A stretch of DNA of 26,241 bases, taken from positions 1 to 26,241 of the forward strand of contig JAEOTE010000045.1 of NCBI GenBank assembly GCA_016839945.1, given 5' to 3'. The position numbers and the translations under genes are program-made. The notes under the pieces were generated by a model that saw nothing but the letters and a program-made list of their open reading frames with translations, had not been told where the DNA came from and searched no databases. Numbering within the stretch: position 1 is the stretch's first letter; each line of letters starts with the position of its first letter. Source of the stretch: Candidatus Heimdallarchaeota archaeon. Lineage in GTDB: Archaea > Asgardarchaeota > Heimdallarchaeia > Heimdallarchaeales > Heimdallarchaeaceae. Of the stretch, positions 7,792 through 17,026 are shown piece by piece.

Positions 7792-9641
7792 AAAGAAAAA
7801 AGTTTAAACTAGCATTAATCCTAGGACTTTTTCTTTTAAATTCGTTCAGTTTAACTATTTCAATAAATGTTACTTCTGTTATAGCAGGAAGCTCAAGTTC
7901 AGGAGATATTCCACCGCCAAGTAATGAAGATACTGGAGGTGGAAGTGCTGCAGGAGGATTATATCTCAATTATAGAATCCCTCTTGTTTTCAAATCGGGT
8001 CCTTATGCACCTACATTGATAGCGATTACTGCAATGCAGAATTCATCTATTATTTTTGGGTTTAATTCTACACAATATACAGGAAATATGGTTGATGTGA
8101 TAATGGGTGATACATTAATTATAGACCCAACTCTTGAACCCAATCTAATCAATGGCTCTTTAATTCAATCCTTCACCCCGTTACAAATTACAGTTTACCA
8201 CAATACTACATCTCAAAGTTTTGATGATAGCTTTGCTTACTCGGTGTTAGTTATGTCCATGTGGGGAAGAAAACATCAATCTCCTTTTGATAATCAAAGA
8301 GCAATGATCGTCGCTGGATTCAATCAAACAGAAATAGATGTTATAACCCCTAGTGAAGACATACAATATTATGACTTACCAATAGTAGGGCAAACATTAG
8401 ATATTGAGGTTCAAAAAGGTGCAACTATTAATGCAAATGGTCCAATTGGTGTTGTTTTTTATTCCTTGTCTCTAAATGATGGATCTTATGCTTATACTGG
8501 TATTCCAGCATACCTTTGGGGAACAGAGTATTATATTTCTCCACCATCTTCGACTGATAGTATTCCTTTGTTGGATGGAGAAACTGAAATAATTCTTACA
8601 ACTCAAGAAGAAGGAGAATTTATTCATTCAGAAACTAACTTAAATGAAGATAGATTGGTGTATTTACCGGATAATGGAACAGCTCAGCTTCCAAATGGTT
8701 TACTTAATCCCAATGAATATTTTGAGAGAACGTATAGTATTTACACAAATTATTCACTATCAATTCTGTATAATTATGCATATAATTCAACTCCTCATCT
8801 TTCTGCAATTCAATATATTGCATCAGATAAAATGAAATGGGCGGAATTGTTCTTTTCTTCGCTTGATTATACTAACGAAAAACTAAGAAGTATAATTCTA
8901 GAAGACGAAAGCATAATTTTACCTTTATTTCTTCAAAATAGCACACTATGGTTTGACTTAGATAATTCAACAATAAAAAATAAGGGAGAATACTTTGATT
9001 ATATGGGTAATGAATCGATAGGTTTCATTGGTAACGATTCATTTTTTGTGTTCATGGAAACATTTCTACCAGAGGCTGAAGTGTGGAATAGTTCAACAAA
9101 TATCCTATACCCATTAAATCTATATTCCTTTTTTGATAATACTTCAACTTTCTTTCCATCATGGTACAGATTCCCCAATATCAATGTTAAAGAAGTCATT
9201 CCAAGTCCTGCAAAACCAACAGAATTTAGGAGATTGCAACTAGATATTATGGTGCAGAATAATGGATCCATTCCTTCAGCACCATTTTGGGTTACTGTAT
9301 ATGTAAATGACAGTTTGAAGATACATAGAATGTTAGATGGATTGGATATACTTGAAGTGATTCCAATAACGTACGAAGAATTTCAAGGATTTGGACTTAA
9401 ATCATTGAATGTTTCTATTTACACAGATTCTAAAAACCAGATTTTTGAGTTATATGAGTTTGATAATTCTATTGAGTATTTCATTAAGATTAGTCGTAAT
9501 TGGAATATAATTTATACTTCAGTAGCAATAGCTGTATTAGTAATAGGATTTATTGGTTATAGAGTAATAAGAAGAGTTCGAAGGCATAGAAAGAGAAGTA
9601 AAACTCGTTTCGATGTTATTTTAAGTGACATAGAGGTTTAA
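7788..9641 (+). CDS. Surface glycoprotein with an IgGFc-binding-protein N-terminal-like domain, a CARDB domain and a C-terminal TM anchor
   Basis: Signal peptide. Repeated units GSLIQSFTPLQI...SMWGRKH and GATINANGPIGV...PAYLWGTEYY. CARDB-like PNINV...VQNNGSIPSAPFWVTVYVND...DSKNQIFELYEFDN. TM then RRVRRHRKRSK. Many sequons. ATGA overlap. Confidence 0.75.
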   Translation: MKRKKFKLALILGLFLLNSFSLTISINVTSVIAGSSSSGDIPPPSNEDTGGGSAAGGLYLNYRIPLVFKSGPYAPTLIAITAMQNSSIIFGFNSTQYTGNMVDVIMGDTLIIDPTLEPNLINGSLIQSFTPLQITVYHNTTSQSFDDSFAYSVLVMSMWGRKHQSPFDNQRAMIVAGFNQTEIDVITPSEDIQYYDLPIVGQTLDIEVQKGATINANGPIGVVFYSLSLNDGSYAYTGIPAYLWGTEYYISPPSSTDSIPLLDGETEIILTTQEEGEFIHSETNLNEDRLVYLPDNGTAQLPNGLLNPNEYFERTYSIYTNYSLSILYNYAYNSTPHLSAIQYIASDKMKWAELFFSSLDYTNEKLRSIILEDESIILPLFLQNSTLWFDLDNSTIKNKGEYFDYMGNESIGFIGNDSFFVFMETFLPEAEVWNSSTNILYPLNLYSFFDNTSTFFPSWYRFPNINVKEVIPSPAKPTEFRRLQLDIMVQNNGSIPSAPFWVTVYVNDSLKIHRMLDGLDILEVIPITYEEFQGFGLKSLNVSIYTDSKNQIFELYEFDNSIEYFIKISRNWNIIYTSVAIAVLVIGFIGYRVIRRVRRHRKRSKTRFDVILSDIEV

Positions 9642-9643
9642 GA

Positions 9644-11881
9644 ATGATCCCAGAAGAGAAAGATTCAAATCCTGAAGACAAAGAACAAATCACTAAAAAG
9701 GAAGAAAGTGAGGATTATGTTCCTTTTGGTATTATCCTTGGAAGAGATTTGATTTTTATTGATTGGACAATACAATTTGGGGGCCAACTCTTAGGTTTAC
9801 TCGTAGGGATAATTTTAGGTTTCATAGTAGGAGTAAATGTATTTCAAGAGTTGTTCAGTGGAAGTGGATCAATAAATTCTACAGTCTACTTAGTTTTTCA
9901 AGTTGGGATAGGATTAGCAGTGATCGGATTAAGCATATACTATATTCAAAGATTGGGAATCCGTATAAACCATCCGAAGAAAATATCAAGCAATAAAATG
10001 AATATAACAAAAATTGCATTTTTTGGCATTTCTTTTATTCTAGGAATAGCATATCTATATGGTGGTCATTTAGCGCCAGCAGCTCACAAAATTGCGGGGA
10101 TACTCCCTCCAGAAAATGGAAATGGGGGAGTGAATGGAAATGGAGAAAACGGAGCGGGGACTGTAGATTTCAATACTACAAATGAGTATATTATCCTTTT
10201 AGCAGTAATTATGTTAACAACTGCTATTTTTGCTCTCCTTTATGCTGGCATTGTATATTCTATCAACATGAAAGTAAAAACAAAAGTAGGAGTAGCTATA
10301 GGATCTGCTGTTATTCTCCTAACATTTTATTTATTATCTCAATTTTCAATTTCCGAGTATCTTCTAAAAGCTTTTACGGAGAAATCTTATTCCCTAATCT
10401 TAGTTTTTCTAACGGATTTCTTATATTATCTCCTTGTAGCTTTGATAACAATTCTAGTTTATCACCAGAGTAGGAGAATCGAGTTATCAATTATTGTGTT
10501 ATTTCTAGGATTTGCTTTTGGATATGGTTCTCCAACAAATATTTTTCTACAAATAATTGCATTAAAGTGGGGATTTCCAAACTTCTCTGATAATATTACT
10601 ACTATTTCAGATGTTCTAGCAAGAACACTAGAAGGATTAGAATATGCAGGTCTTTTTGGAATGATTGTTTATCCTATTATTTTTTACAAAGATACTATTC
10701 AATTTGGTAAGAAATTCTGGGATACTGCCAAGAAACAAGGGTTAGTTTTACTGGTTTTTACTATTGTAGTTGCAGCAATTGAGATATTAATCCAATTCAT
10801 AAGTCAGTTTCTGGGTATACTCTTATTTCTAATAATATTCATTGGATTGGTTTTTGTAGTGAATATGCTAATTACTTCAAAATATGGAAAACAAAGTTAT
10901 ACAGCTTTACTAAAATCAATGTCTCAAGCTACGCTGCAAATGAGTGAATCAGTAATTCTGCCATTAGAAAAGCAAACCAAACTTCTTGAGAAAAGAACAA
11001 AAAGAAGAGATATAATCAAAATAACTTTGGGAACTGTTTTACCAGTTGTCCTATACTTCCTTATAATGTATGTAACAACTGCAATAACATCTCAAACATC
11101 TATTGGGGAAAGCATCTTTCTTTTTACAGCTCTGCCAATTTCGATTGCCATAATATCTTTTGCTACAACTTTCTTTTTTGTTCGAGATCCTCTAATCAAA
11201 GGACATTTCAGTTATCCACTAAAAGCTTTAGGTTTAATTGGGTCAATTATTTACTTTATTTATTCGTGCTATAATCTTGTTTACAATAATATGGGAGTTT
11301 ATCCTGTCATAACTATCTTTTTTATCCCATTGATAATTATTCCAATATTCACCAAAAAGAAGATAGGAACTCTATTACTTTCGTTAGCTGGTGAAAACAA
11401 ACCAAGAGCTTTACGGGAATTGATAAACAGGAAAGATTTAGATTTGGATTATTTTGAAAAGAGTTTCCATAAATCCCCTGCAATATTCAAATTTTATTTA
11501 GCTTTAATACTAACAAAAAGAGGAGAGAAAATCTCAACAATACAAAACGCAATTTCAATGCTCACAAGTAATTTTCCAATCGAAAGAGCAGCAGGTGCAT
11601 TAGTTCTGTTATATCTTAATGATAATGAAACCCTAGAAAGAGTTGTGAAAATACTTGAGAACGATATAGATCCTAGAGTAAGGGATTCAATAGCATATGG
11701 TTTAAGATATTTCAAAGATTTGCCAGAAGAAATATACAAGCGTGTTATAGATTCTCAGCATTATGAAGATGATTCCAAAGTTTTGGAAACTTTGAAACAT
11801 ACTATATCTATCTTAGATCAAAGTTTCCATAAAACAGAAGAAGAAGAGCACCTAAAAGAAGAATATTTGGAAGAGATTTAG
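9644..11881 (+). CDS. Large polytopic membrane protein (roughly 14-15 TM) with C-terminal HEAT (PBS-lyase-like) repeats
   Basis: Hydrophobic segments across aa ~45-570. HEAT-like MLTSNFPIERAAGALVL, ILENDIDPRVRDSIAYGL and YEDDSKVLETL. Acidic tail. Confidence 0.78.
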   Translation: MIPEEKDSNPEDKEQITKKEESEDYVPFGIILGRDLIFIDWTIQFGGQLLGLLVGIILGFIVGVNVFQELFSGSGSINSTVYLVFQVGIGLAVIGLSIYYIQRLGIRINHPKKISSNKMNITKIAFFGISFILGIAYLYGGHLAPAAHKIAGILPPENGNGGVNGNGENGAGTVDFNTTNEYIILLAVIMLTTAIFALLYAGIVYSINMKVKTKVGVAIGSAVILLTFYLLSQFSISEYLLKAFTEKSYSLILVFLTDFLYYLLVALITILVYHQSRRIELSIIVLFLGFAFGYGSPTNIFLQIIALKWGFPNFSDNITTISDVLARTLEGLEYAGLFGMIVYPIIFYKDTIQFGKKFWDTAKKQGLVLLVFTIVVAAIEILIQFISQFLGILLFLIIFIGLVFVVNMLITSKYGKQSYTALLKSMSQATLQMSESVILPLEKQTKLLEKRTKRRDIIKITLGTVLPVVLYFLIMYVTTAITSQTSIGESIFLFTALPISIAIISFATTFFFVRDPLIKGHFSYPLKALGLIGSIIYFIYSCYNLVYNNMGVYPVITIFFIPLIIIPIFTKKKIGTLLLSLAGENKPRALRELINRKDLDLDYFEKSFHKSPAIFKFYLALILTKRGEKISTIQNAISMLTSNFPIERAAGALVLLYLNDNETLERVVKILENDIDPRVRDSIAYGLRYFKDLPEEIYKRVIDSQHYEDDSKVLETLKHTISILDQSFHKTEEEEHLKEEYLEEI

Positions 11882-11905
11882 AAATATAGAAGAGCACTGT
11901 AAGTT

Positions 11906-12592
11906 CTATTTTATTATGATCCTTGCATCAACTGGAAAAAGTCCATCTTCATTGCTTATGATAGGATTGATATCCATTTCTGAGATATAAGTGCGATTTT
12001 CCCAAGCCAATTCTGATAATTTAACTATGATATCAGCTAATTCATCTTTATCTACCCTTGGCATTCCTCTAAATCCTTCTAAAAGTACTCGTGCTTTTAT
12101 TTCATCAATTGCTGTTAGAGCTTGTTCTTTGGTTGTAGGACACATCCTAAAAACAACATCCTTTATAGCTTCTACAAGAACTCCTCCAACCCCAAAAAGA
12201 ATAACAGGTCCGAATGTTGGATCTATATTTGTACCAATAATTAACTCTAATCCACTCTTAACCATTTTTTCAACAAGAACACCAGAGATTCTTACATCAT
12301 CAAAACGTTTCATAAAATCAGCAAAAGCATTTCTTACTTCTTCTTCAGAGCTTAAGCCAATTACAACTGCCCCAACATCAGTTTTGTGCAAAACCTGTGT
12401 TGACATTAATTTCATAACGACAGGGTAACCGAATTCATTTGCTGATTGTACAGCTTCGGTTTCAGTTTGTACTAATCTTGAAGGTGGGATTTTAATTCCA
12501 ATATTTCTCAAAATTTCTTTAGCTTCATGCTCTAGAAGAGCATTTCGATTTTCTTGTTTAATTTTCTCAAAGATTGTTTTGTTATCTGTCAT
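11906..12592 (-). CDS. acdB: ADP-forming acetate/acyl-CoA ligase beta subunit (ATP-grasp)
   Basis: EHEAKEIL, GYPVVMK, HKTDVGAV, ELIIG...DPTFGPVILFGVGGVLVEAIKDV, EMDINP, VDARII. Confidence 0.92.
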   Translation of the reverse strand: MTDNKTIFEKIKQENRNALLEHEAKEILRNIGIKIPPSRLVQTETEAVQSANEFGYPVVMKLMSTQVLHKTDVGAVVIGLSSEEEVRNAFADFMKRFDDVRISGVLVEKMVKSGLELIIGTNIDPTFGPVILFGVGGVLVEAIKDVVFRMCPTTKEQALTAIDEIKARVLLEGFRGMPRVDKDELADIIVKLSELAWENRTYISEMDINPIISNEDGLFPVDARIIIK

Positions 12593-12594
12593 TT

Positions 12595-14016
12595 TTATTC
12601 CTCCACAAGAATAGTTTTTGGATCTATACCATGTTTCCTAAGATATTTAGTATAATCAGTAAGCATTCCAAGAGCTCTCACAGCTCTTCCAGGACTTGGA
12701 AAAACAGGTATATCTTCTGCGAGTAGTTGAGCAGCAGCTTTGTCAGCTTCATCTCCACCGATAAGTGCAGTTACAAATGGTTTTTCTTTTCTTCTTGCAA
12801 AATGTTTAGTGACTTTGATATATTCATCAATATCTAAATCAGGGATACATGGAAGACATATATTTACAATTGAATCAACATTAACGTCATTATATGCAAC
12901 TTCTAAAGCTATCTTATAGTCTTCAGCAGTAGCACTTCCAGTAACATCTATAGGATTTCCTGTAGCATAAAAGGATGGAAAGGTTTCATCCAGATACTTT
13001 TGAACAGTAGGTGATAGTTCAGCTAATTTTAGATTGCAGTCAGTAACCATATCTGATGCCATTACACCAGCTCCACCACCATCAGTTATAATCGCAACAT
13101 TATCACCCAATGGTAAAGGTTGAGTTCCAAATGCAAGAACACAATCTTCAAGTTGATCCCAAGTTATTACTCTTATAATTCCTGCTTCATCCAATAAATC
13201 ATCAACAATCGCATCATTTGATGATAAAGCAGCAGTATGAGAAGCACCAGCTTTTGCTCCAGTTTCAGTTCGATTTGCTTTTATACCCATTATAGGTTTC
13301 TTAAGGGAAATTTTTCTTGCTTCCTCCATAAACTCTCTGCCTTTCTTAAAATCTTCAAGATAAATTAAAATCATTTTTGTATCTGGATCTGCCCCAACAT
13401 ATTCTAAAGAATCTGTTTCATTGATATCACTAGCATTTCCATAGGAAATGAATTTTGAAACCCACTTTCCTGTTCCCAAATTGGATAATTGATCAATAAA
13501 TGCAGCCCCAAATGCACCACTTTGAGTGAAAATTGACACAGGACCACTCTTTGGTCTTTTTAACTTTGTAACTGGCAAGAACATTGTATCATACCCAAGA
13601 GCTGGAGAATACAAACCCAAACAATTAGGTCCTATTACATTTATCCCATATTTTTTCATTGTATCATTTATTTGTTGTTGAAGAATTTCTCCTTCTTCTC
13701 CAATTTCACTAAAACCGCCAGTTGTTATTATCACATTAGTAATTCCTTTCATACCACATTGTTCAATTGTTTGAGGTGCAAATCTTGCTGGAACTATTAC
13801 ACAAGCAGCATCTATTTCATCTTCAATTTCCATTAACGATGTGTAGAGCTTCTCTCCAAAAAGTTGACCACCTTTTGGATTTACGAGATATGTTTTACCT
13901 GGAAAATGATTAACGAAATTATATGCAACAACATTTCCAGGTTTATGTTCAGTTGTTGAAGCTCCTACAACACAAAAAGTCTTTGCAGCAAAGAATTTTT
14001 CAAGTCTTGGTGCCAT
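12595..14016 (-). CDS. acdA: ADP-forming acetate/acyl-CoA ligase alpha subunit (CoA-binding)
   Basis: VVGAS, VNPK, GGFSE, GPNCLG, QSGA, SYGNASD, phospho-His motif GASHTAAL, TDGGGAGV, NPIDVTG. ATG at 14016 preferred over the TTG at 14025. Confidence 0.93.
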   Translation of the reverse strand: MAPRLEKFFAAKTFCVVGASTTEHKPGNVVAYNFVNHFPGKTYLVNPKGGQLFGEKLYTSLMEIEDEIDAACVIVPARFAPQTIEQCGMKGITNVIITTGGFSEIGEEGEILQQQINDTMKKYGINVIGPNCLGLYSPALGYDTMFLPVTKLKRPKSGPVSIFTQSGAFGAAFIDQLSNLGTGKWVSKFISYGNASDINETDSLEYVGADPDTKMILIYLEDFKKGREFMEEARKISLKKPIMGIKANRTETGAKAGASHTAALSSNDAIVDDLLDEAGIIRVITWDQLEDCVLAFGTQPLPLGDNVAIITDGGGAGVMASDMVTDCNLKLAELSPTVQKYLDETFPSFYATGNPIDVTGSATAEDYKIALEVAYNDVNVDSIVNICLPCIPDLDIDEYIKVTKHFARRKEKPFVTALIGGDEADKAAAQLLAEDIPVFPSPGRAVRALGMLTDYTKYLRKHGIDPKTILVEE

Positions 14017-14134
14017 TCTTATCAACTTGCATTTAATTATTTTGGTTAAAAATTTTTGGAATAAGACTTTTGTACTCTATAATGTGTTTTCTGGTTTCCA
14101 AACAAATATATAATACGACTATATATGAATAATC

Positions 14135-14758
14135 ATGCCTAGAAATAGATTTCTCTTTGATTTACTTGGAATAGGACTAGGGGTTGCAGTTGCATATCTA
14201 GTAGGATTCTTCATTCAACCTCCTGGCACTGGAGGTTCAATTGTATTAACTGTAGGAGGTATTCTTGCTGGAGGTGCGATTTTGGGATTCTTTGCTTACA
14301 AAAATGATGGTGTTAAGATTGCAGGTATAATATTTGCGTTAATTGCTGTAGCAGGAGTTGTTGTAGGAGTACTAATGTTTTCATTAGGAGAAGAGGTCAT
14401 GGAAGCTTTCTCTCAAGATATATTCACTGCATTAGCAGGTGCAGCTTTAGCCCCGGTTTTCTTTATTATTGCAATCATAATGATAATAGGAGGTTTCATA
14501 GTAGGAGGTCTGTTTGTAGCTGCAGCAGCGATTGGTTCAGCAATTGGAGAATCAATTTGGAAAGATAAGCAAGCAGAACTTGTCGATAGAGGAGCTGCAG
14601 TGGGACCATATCAACCAACACAGTTACCCACATATGAACCAGTGGGAGAACCAAAAGTAGTTCAACCCACACAACCACGATCTGTAGTATGCCCAAATTG
14701 TGGTGCAAGTAATCCTGGAACTGATAAATTTTGTACTAATTGTGGAGCTCAACTATAA
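14135..14758 (+). CDS. Membrane protein with C-terminal zinc ribbon
   Basis: Four to five Gly-rich TM helices, a Pro/Gln linker and terminal CPNCG...FCTNCGAQL. TATA-like AATATATAA about 25-30 nt upstream (probably leaderless). Confidence 0.8.
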   Translation: MPRNRFLFDLLGIGLGVAVAYLVGFFIQPPGTGGSIVLTVGGILAGGAILGFFAYKNDGVKIAGIIFALIAVAGVVVGVLMFSLGEEVMEAFSQDIFTALAGAALAPVFFIIAIIMIIGGFIVGGLFVAAAAIGSAIGESIWKDKQAELVDRGAAVGPYQPTQLPTYEPVGEPKVVQPTQPRSVVCPNCGASNPGTDKFCTNCGAQL

Positions 14759-14767
14759 TAGCTGAGC

Positions 14768-14774
14768 TTTTTTT
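14768..14774 (+). terminator. Oligo-T terminator
   Basis: T7 run 10 nt after the stop at 14758. Confidence 0.4.
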
Positions 14775-14850
14775 ACAGATTCCAAAATTCTTCAAAACCC
14801 GATGAAGTAAAGAACATAACTTTTTTTATTTTAACTTTTTCTCAATCCTT

Positions 14851-16029
14851 ATGAGTAAAAAGAAAGAAGTTCCTATTTTTTGGAAAAATCCTTATCAAAA
14901 GGAAATCCAAACGAATATATCATCTGTAAAAGGAACATCCATACAATTATCTCAAGACTTATTTTACCCAGGTGGAGGAGGGCAATTATTTGATACTGGT
15001 TCAATCACCATTGATAACACTGAATATAGAGTCCTTGAAACGTACAAAGATGAGAGTGGAATATGGTATAAAACAGACATAAAAGATGAGGGATTACTTC
15101 AAAAGAATCAAGATGTTATCCTCAAACTAGACTGGAAAAGACGATATTCTTTCATGAAAGCTCATTCTGCACAACATTTAGTTTCACACTTACTTGACAA
15201 ATCACTCAGCTGTGATACTGAGAAAGCGAATTTTGAAGAGGGAAAAATAGAGATTATAATTTCAGAAAAAATATCTCTAGAACAATGTTTAGAAATATTA
15301 GAAGAAGCTAATTCTTTGATTTCTAAAGGAGTAGAAGTGTTATCAATAATTGTTGATCAAGAAACATACAGAAAGGAGTATCTAGAAAAAGCTAGAGGTA
15401 AAGTATCACATGAAGATAATGTTAGAATGATTCAACTTGGTGAAAAAGGAATAGATTTGACATGTTGCGGAGGGATTCATGTTAATAATCTATCAGAAAT
15501 AAATGGAATTTTTCTAGAATCGCTGAAAGAATATACTCTTAAGCTGCACGTCGATAAACAAGGAATAGCTTTTGCAAATCTTCAGAGAAAACTGATGATT
15601 GAAATAGAGGATATAACAACTAAAAAAGGCACTAAACTTCTGGAAATGATAAATAACAAAATAGAGGAGAATGAGATTCTTGAAGAAAGCAACGTCAGTT
15701 TACTTAGGATGATTTTTAAGAAAATCAAAGTATGGAGTGAAAAAATTAACGAGTATAACTTAGTTTTACTCTCTTTACCTGAAATAGATCGTCAAGCTAT
15801 TCTTGCTTCTCTAAAAGAGCTAGAAAAGGATGTGTTCGTTGCTTTGCTTGGAAGAGATGAAATCTTGTATGTAATTTCAACAGATGAAAGATTATCAGCT
15901 AAAGAAATTGTAAAAAATATAATAGATAAAACAGGTAAAAAAGGAGGAGGAAATCCAGCTTTTGCTCAAGTTTCTGTTAAAGATATTGACAAACCATTTG
16001 AATTAGTTAAATCGGTTTTAACTTCTTAA
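14851..16029 (+). CDS. alaX: Alanyl-tRNA editing protein, AlaX-L type (editing domain plus C-Ala/DHHA1 domain)
   Basis: FYPGGGGQLFDTG, LDWKRR, Zn ligands HSAQH and CGGIH, C-terminal GKKGGGNPAFAQ. Confidence 0.88.
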   Translation: MSKKKEVPIFWKNPYQKEIQTNISSVKGTSIQLSQDLFYPGGGGQLFDTGSITIDNTEYRVLETYKDESGIWYKTDIKDEGLLQKNQDVILKLDWKRRYSFMKAHSAQHLVSHLLDKSLSCDTEKANFEEGKIEIIISEKISLEQCLEILEEANSLISKGVEVLSIIVDQETYRKEYLEKARGKVSHEDNVRMIQLGEKGIDLTCCGGIHVNNLSEINGIFLESLKEYTLKLHVDKQGIAFANLQRKLMIEIEDITTKKGTKLLEMINNKIEENEILEESNVSLLRMIFKKIKVWSEKINEYNLVLLSLPEIDRQAILASLKELEKDVFVALLGRDEILYVISTDERLSAKEIVKNIIDKTGKKGGGNPAFAQVSVKDIDKPFELVKSVLTS

Positions 16030-17015
16030 TACAGATAATCTTCCTTAGGACCAATATATGTGTAAGTTATTGGATCTGTTTTATCATTTCTTTGAGCTTT
16101 TCCCTCATCTATTAGTTTTTGCAGGTGAGAAACCATATTAGTTCGTGGAGCTAGTTCAGAGTATGGATGATACCAAACAATTCCCTGAGCATTGTGGACT
16201 CTTTCAATCAAATCATCAATGGTTAAATATTTTTGTTCAAGCATTGCCATAATAAGTTGGTTCTCAAATTGTAGAAAAGCTTCTTTAACGTCAGAAATGT
16301 AAGGAATAATGTGTCGATCTTCTTGATACCCATCATGAGCAGGACAGATGATTGAGATTTTTGCATTTTCTAAAAATGCCATATTTTTGAACCATTCCTT
16401 GTAAGACCCAGAAAAATCTATTAGATAACTATGCGGTAATGCTGGATAGATATTCAAAGCATCTCCAGTAAACATAGCTCTTTCTGATGTAGCAAAAAAC
16501 ATGCTATGACCATAACTATTTCCATCAAAATTAATTACCATTAAGCGAGTTTTATCTAATTCAAATTTATCTCCGTCTTTAAAATATATGTCAGGCTTTA
16601 GTTTATCCAAATCATCAAAAGGATCTTTTTTTATTGCAAAATACAATTTCTCTTTCTTTGTGAATTTGAAATGTTTTGATTTTAGCACAGATCTTGGAGT
16701 TTCCATAACTTTCTTACACTTTTCATGAATAGCAATTTTAGCATTTGGAAATATATCTTTCAGTTTATAGACACCACCCATAACATCAGGATATGGATGG
16801 GTTATGAAAATATATTTGACATCTTTTACATCTTTCCCTTTATTAAAAACTGCTTCTTGGAAAGTTTTTTCTATTGAACCTCGTCTTCCAGTATTTATAA
16901 TCACAAAAGAATCCTTACCTAATAGATATCCTCTATTTCTTTCTCCTCCATCACCTGATGGACCTTCAACTATTGTTAAATTGTCACGAATATTTTGAAT
17001 TGGTTCCGATATCAT
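16026..17015 (-). CDS. Metallo-beta-lactamase-fold protein with degenerate metal motifs and a C-terminal winged-helix-like domain
   Basis: INTG, THPYPDVMGG, DGNSYGH, FTGDA and PAHD occupy the MBL motif positions. C-terminal LTIDDLIERV...SHLQKLIDEGK. Confidence 0.8.
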   Translation of the reverse strand: MISEPIQNIRDNLTIVEGPSGDGGERNRGYLLGKDSFVIINTGRRGSIEKTFQEAVFNKGKDVKDVKYIFITHPYPDVMGGVYKLKDIFPNAKIAIHEKCKKVMETPRSVLKSKHFKFTKKEKLYFAIKKDPFDDLDKLKPDIYFKDGDKFELDKTRLMVINFDGNSYGHSMFFATSERAMFTGDALNIYPALPHSYLIDFSGSYKEWFKNMAFLENAKISIICPAHDGYQEDRHIIPYISDVKEAFLQFENQLIMAMLEQKYLTIDDLIERVHNAQGIVWYHPYSELAPRTNMVSHLQKLIDEGKAQRNDKTDPITYTYIGPKEDYLY

Positions 17016-17026
17016 TTTATTACACC

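Noticed and set aside
1379-11881. MoxR operon as an anti-phage defence system or mobile island
   Set aside because: No nuclease, toxin, integrase or transposase motifs, no flanking repeats and no obvious compositional shift from the housekeeping genes.
3618-12428. Short nested or antisense ORFs (3618, 5022, 5393, 6611, 7766, 8644, 8999, 9763, 11494, 11991)
   Set aside because: They lie within or across well-supported genes and have no recognisable motifs.
14785-14815. Small CTTCA...TGAAG inverted repeat considered as a SECIS or ncRNA
   Set aside because: Only about 5 bp of pairing, no in-frame UGA selenoprotein nearby and no extended structure.
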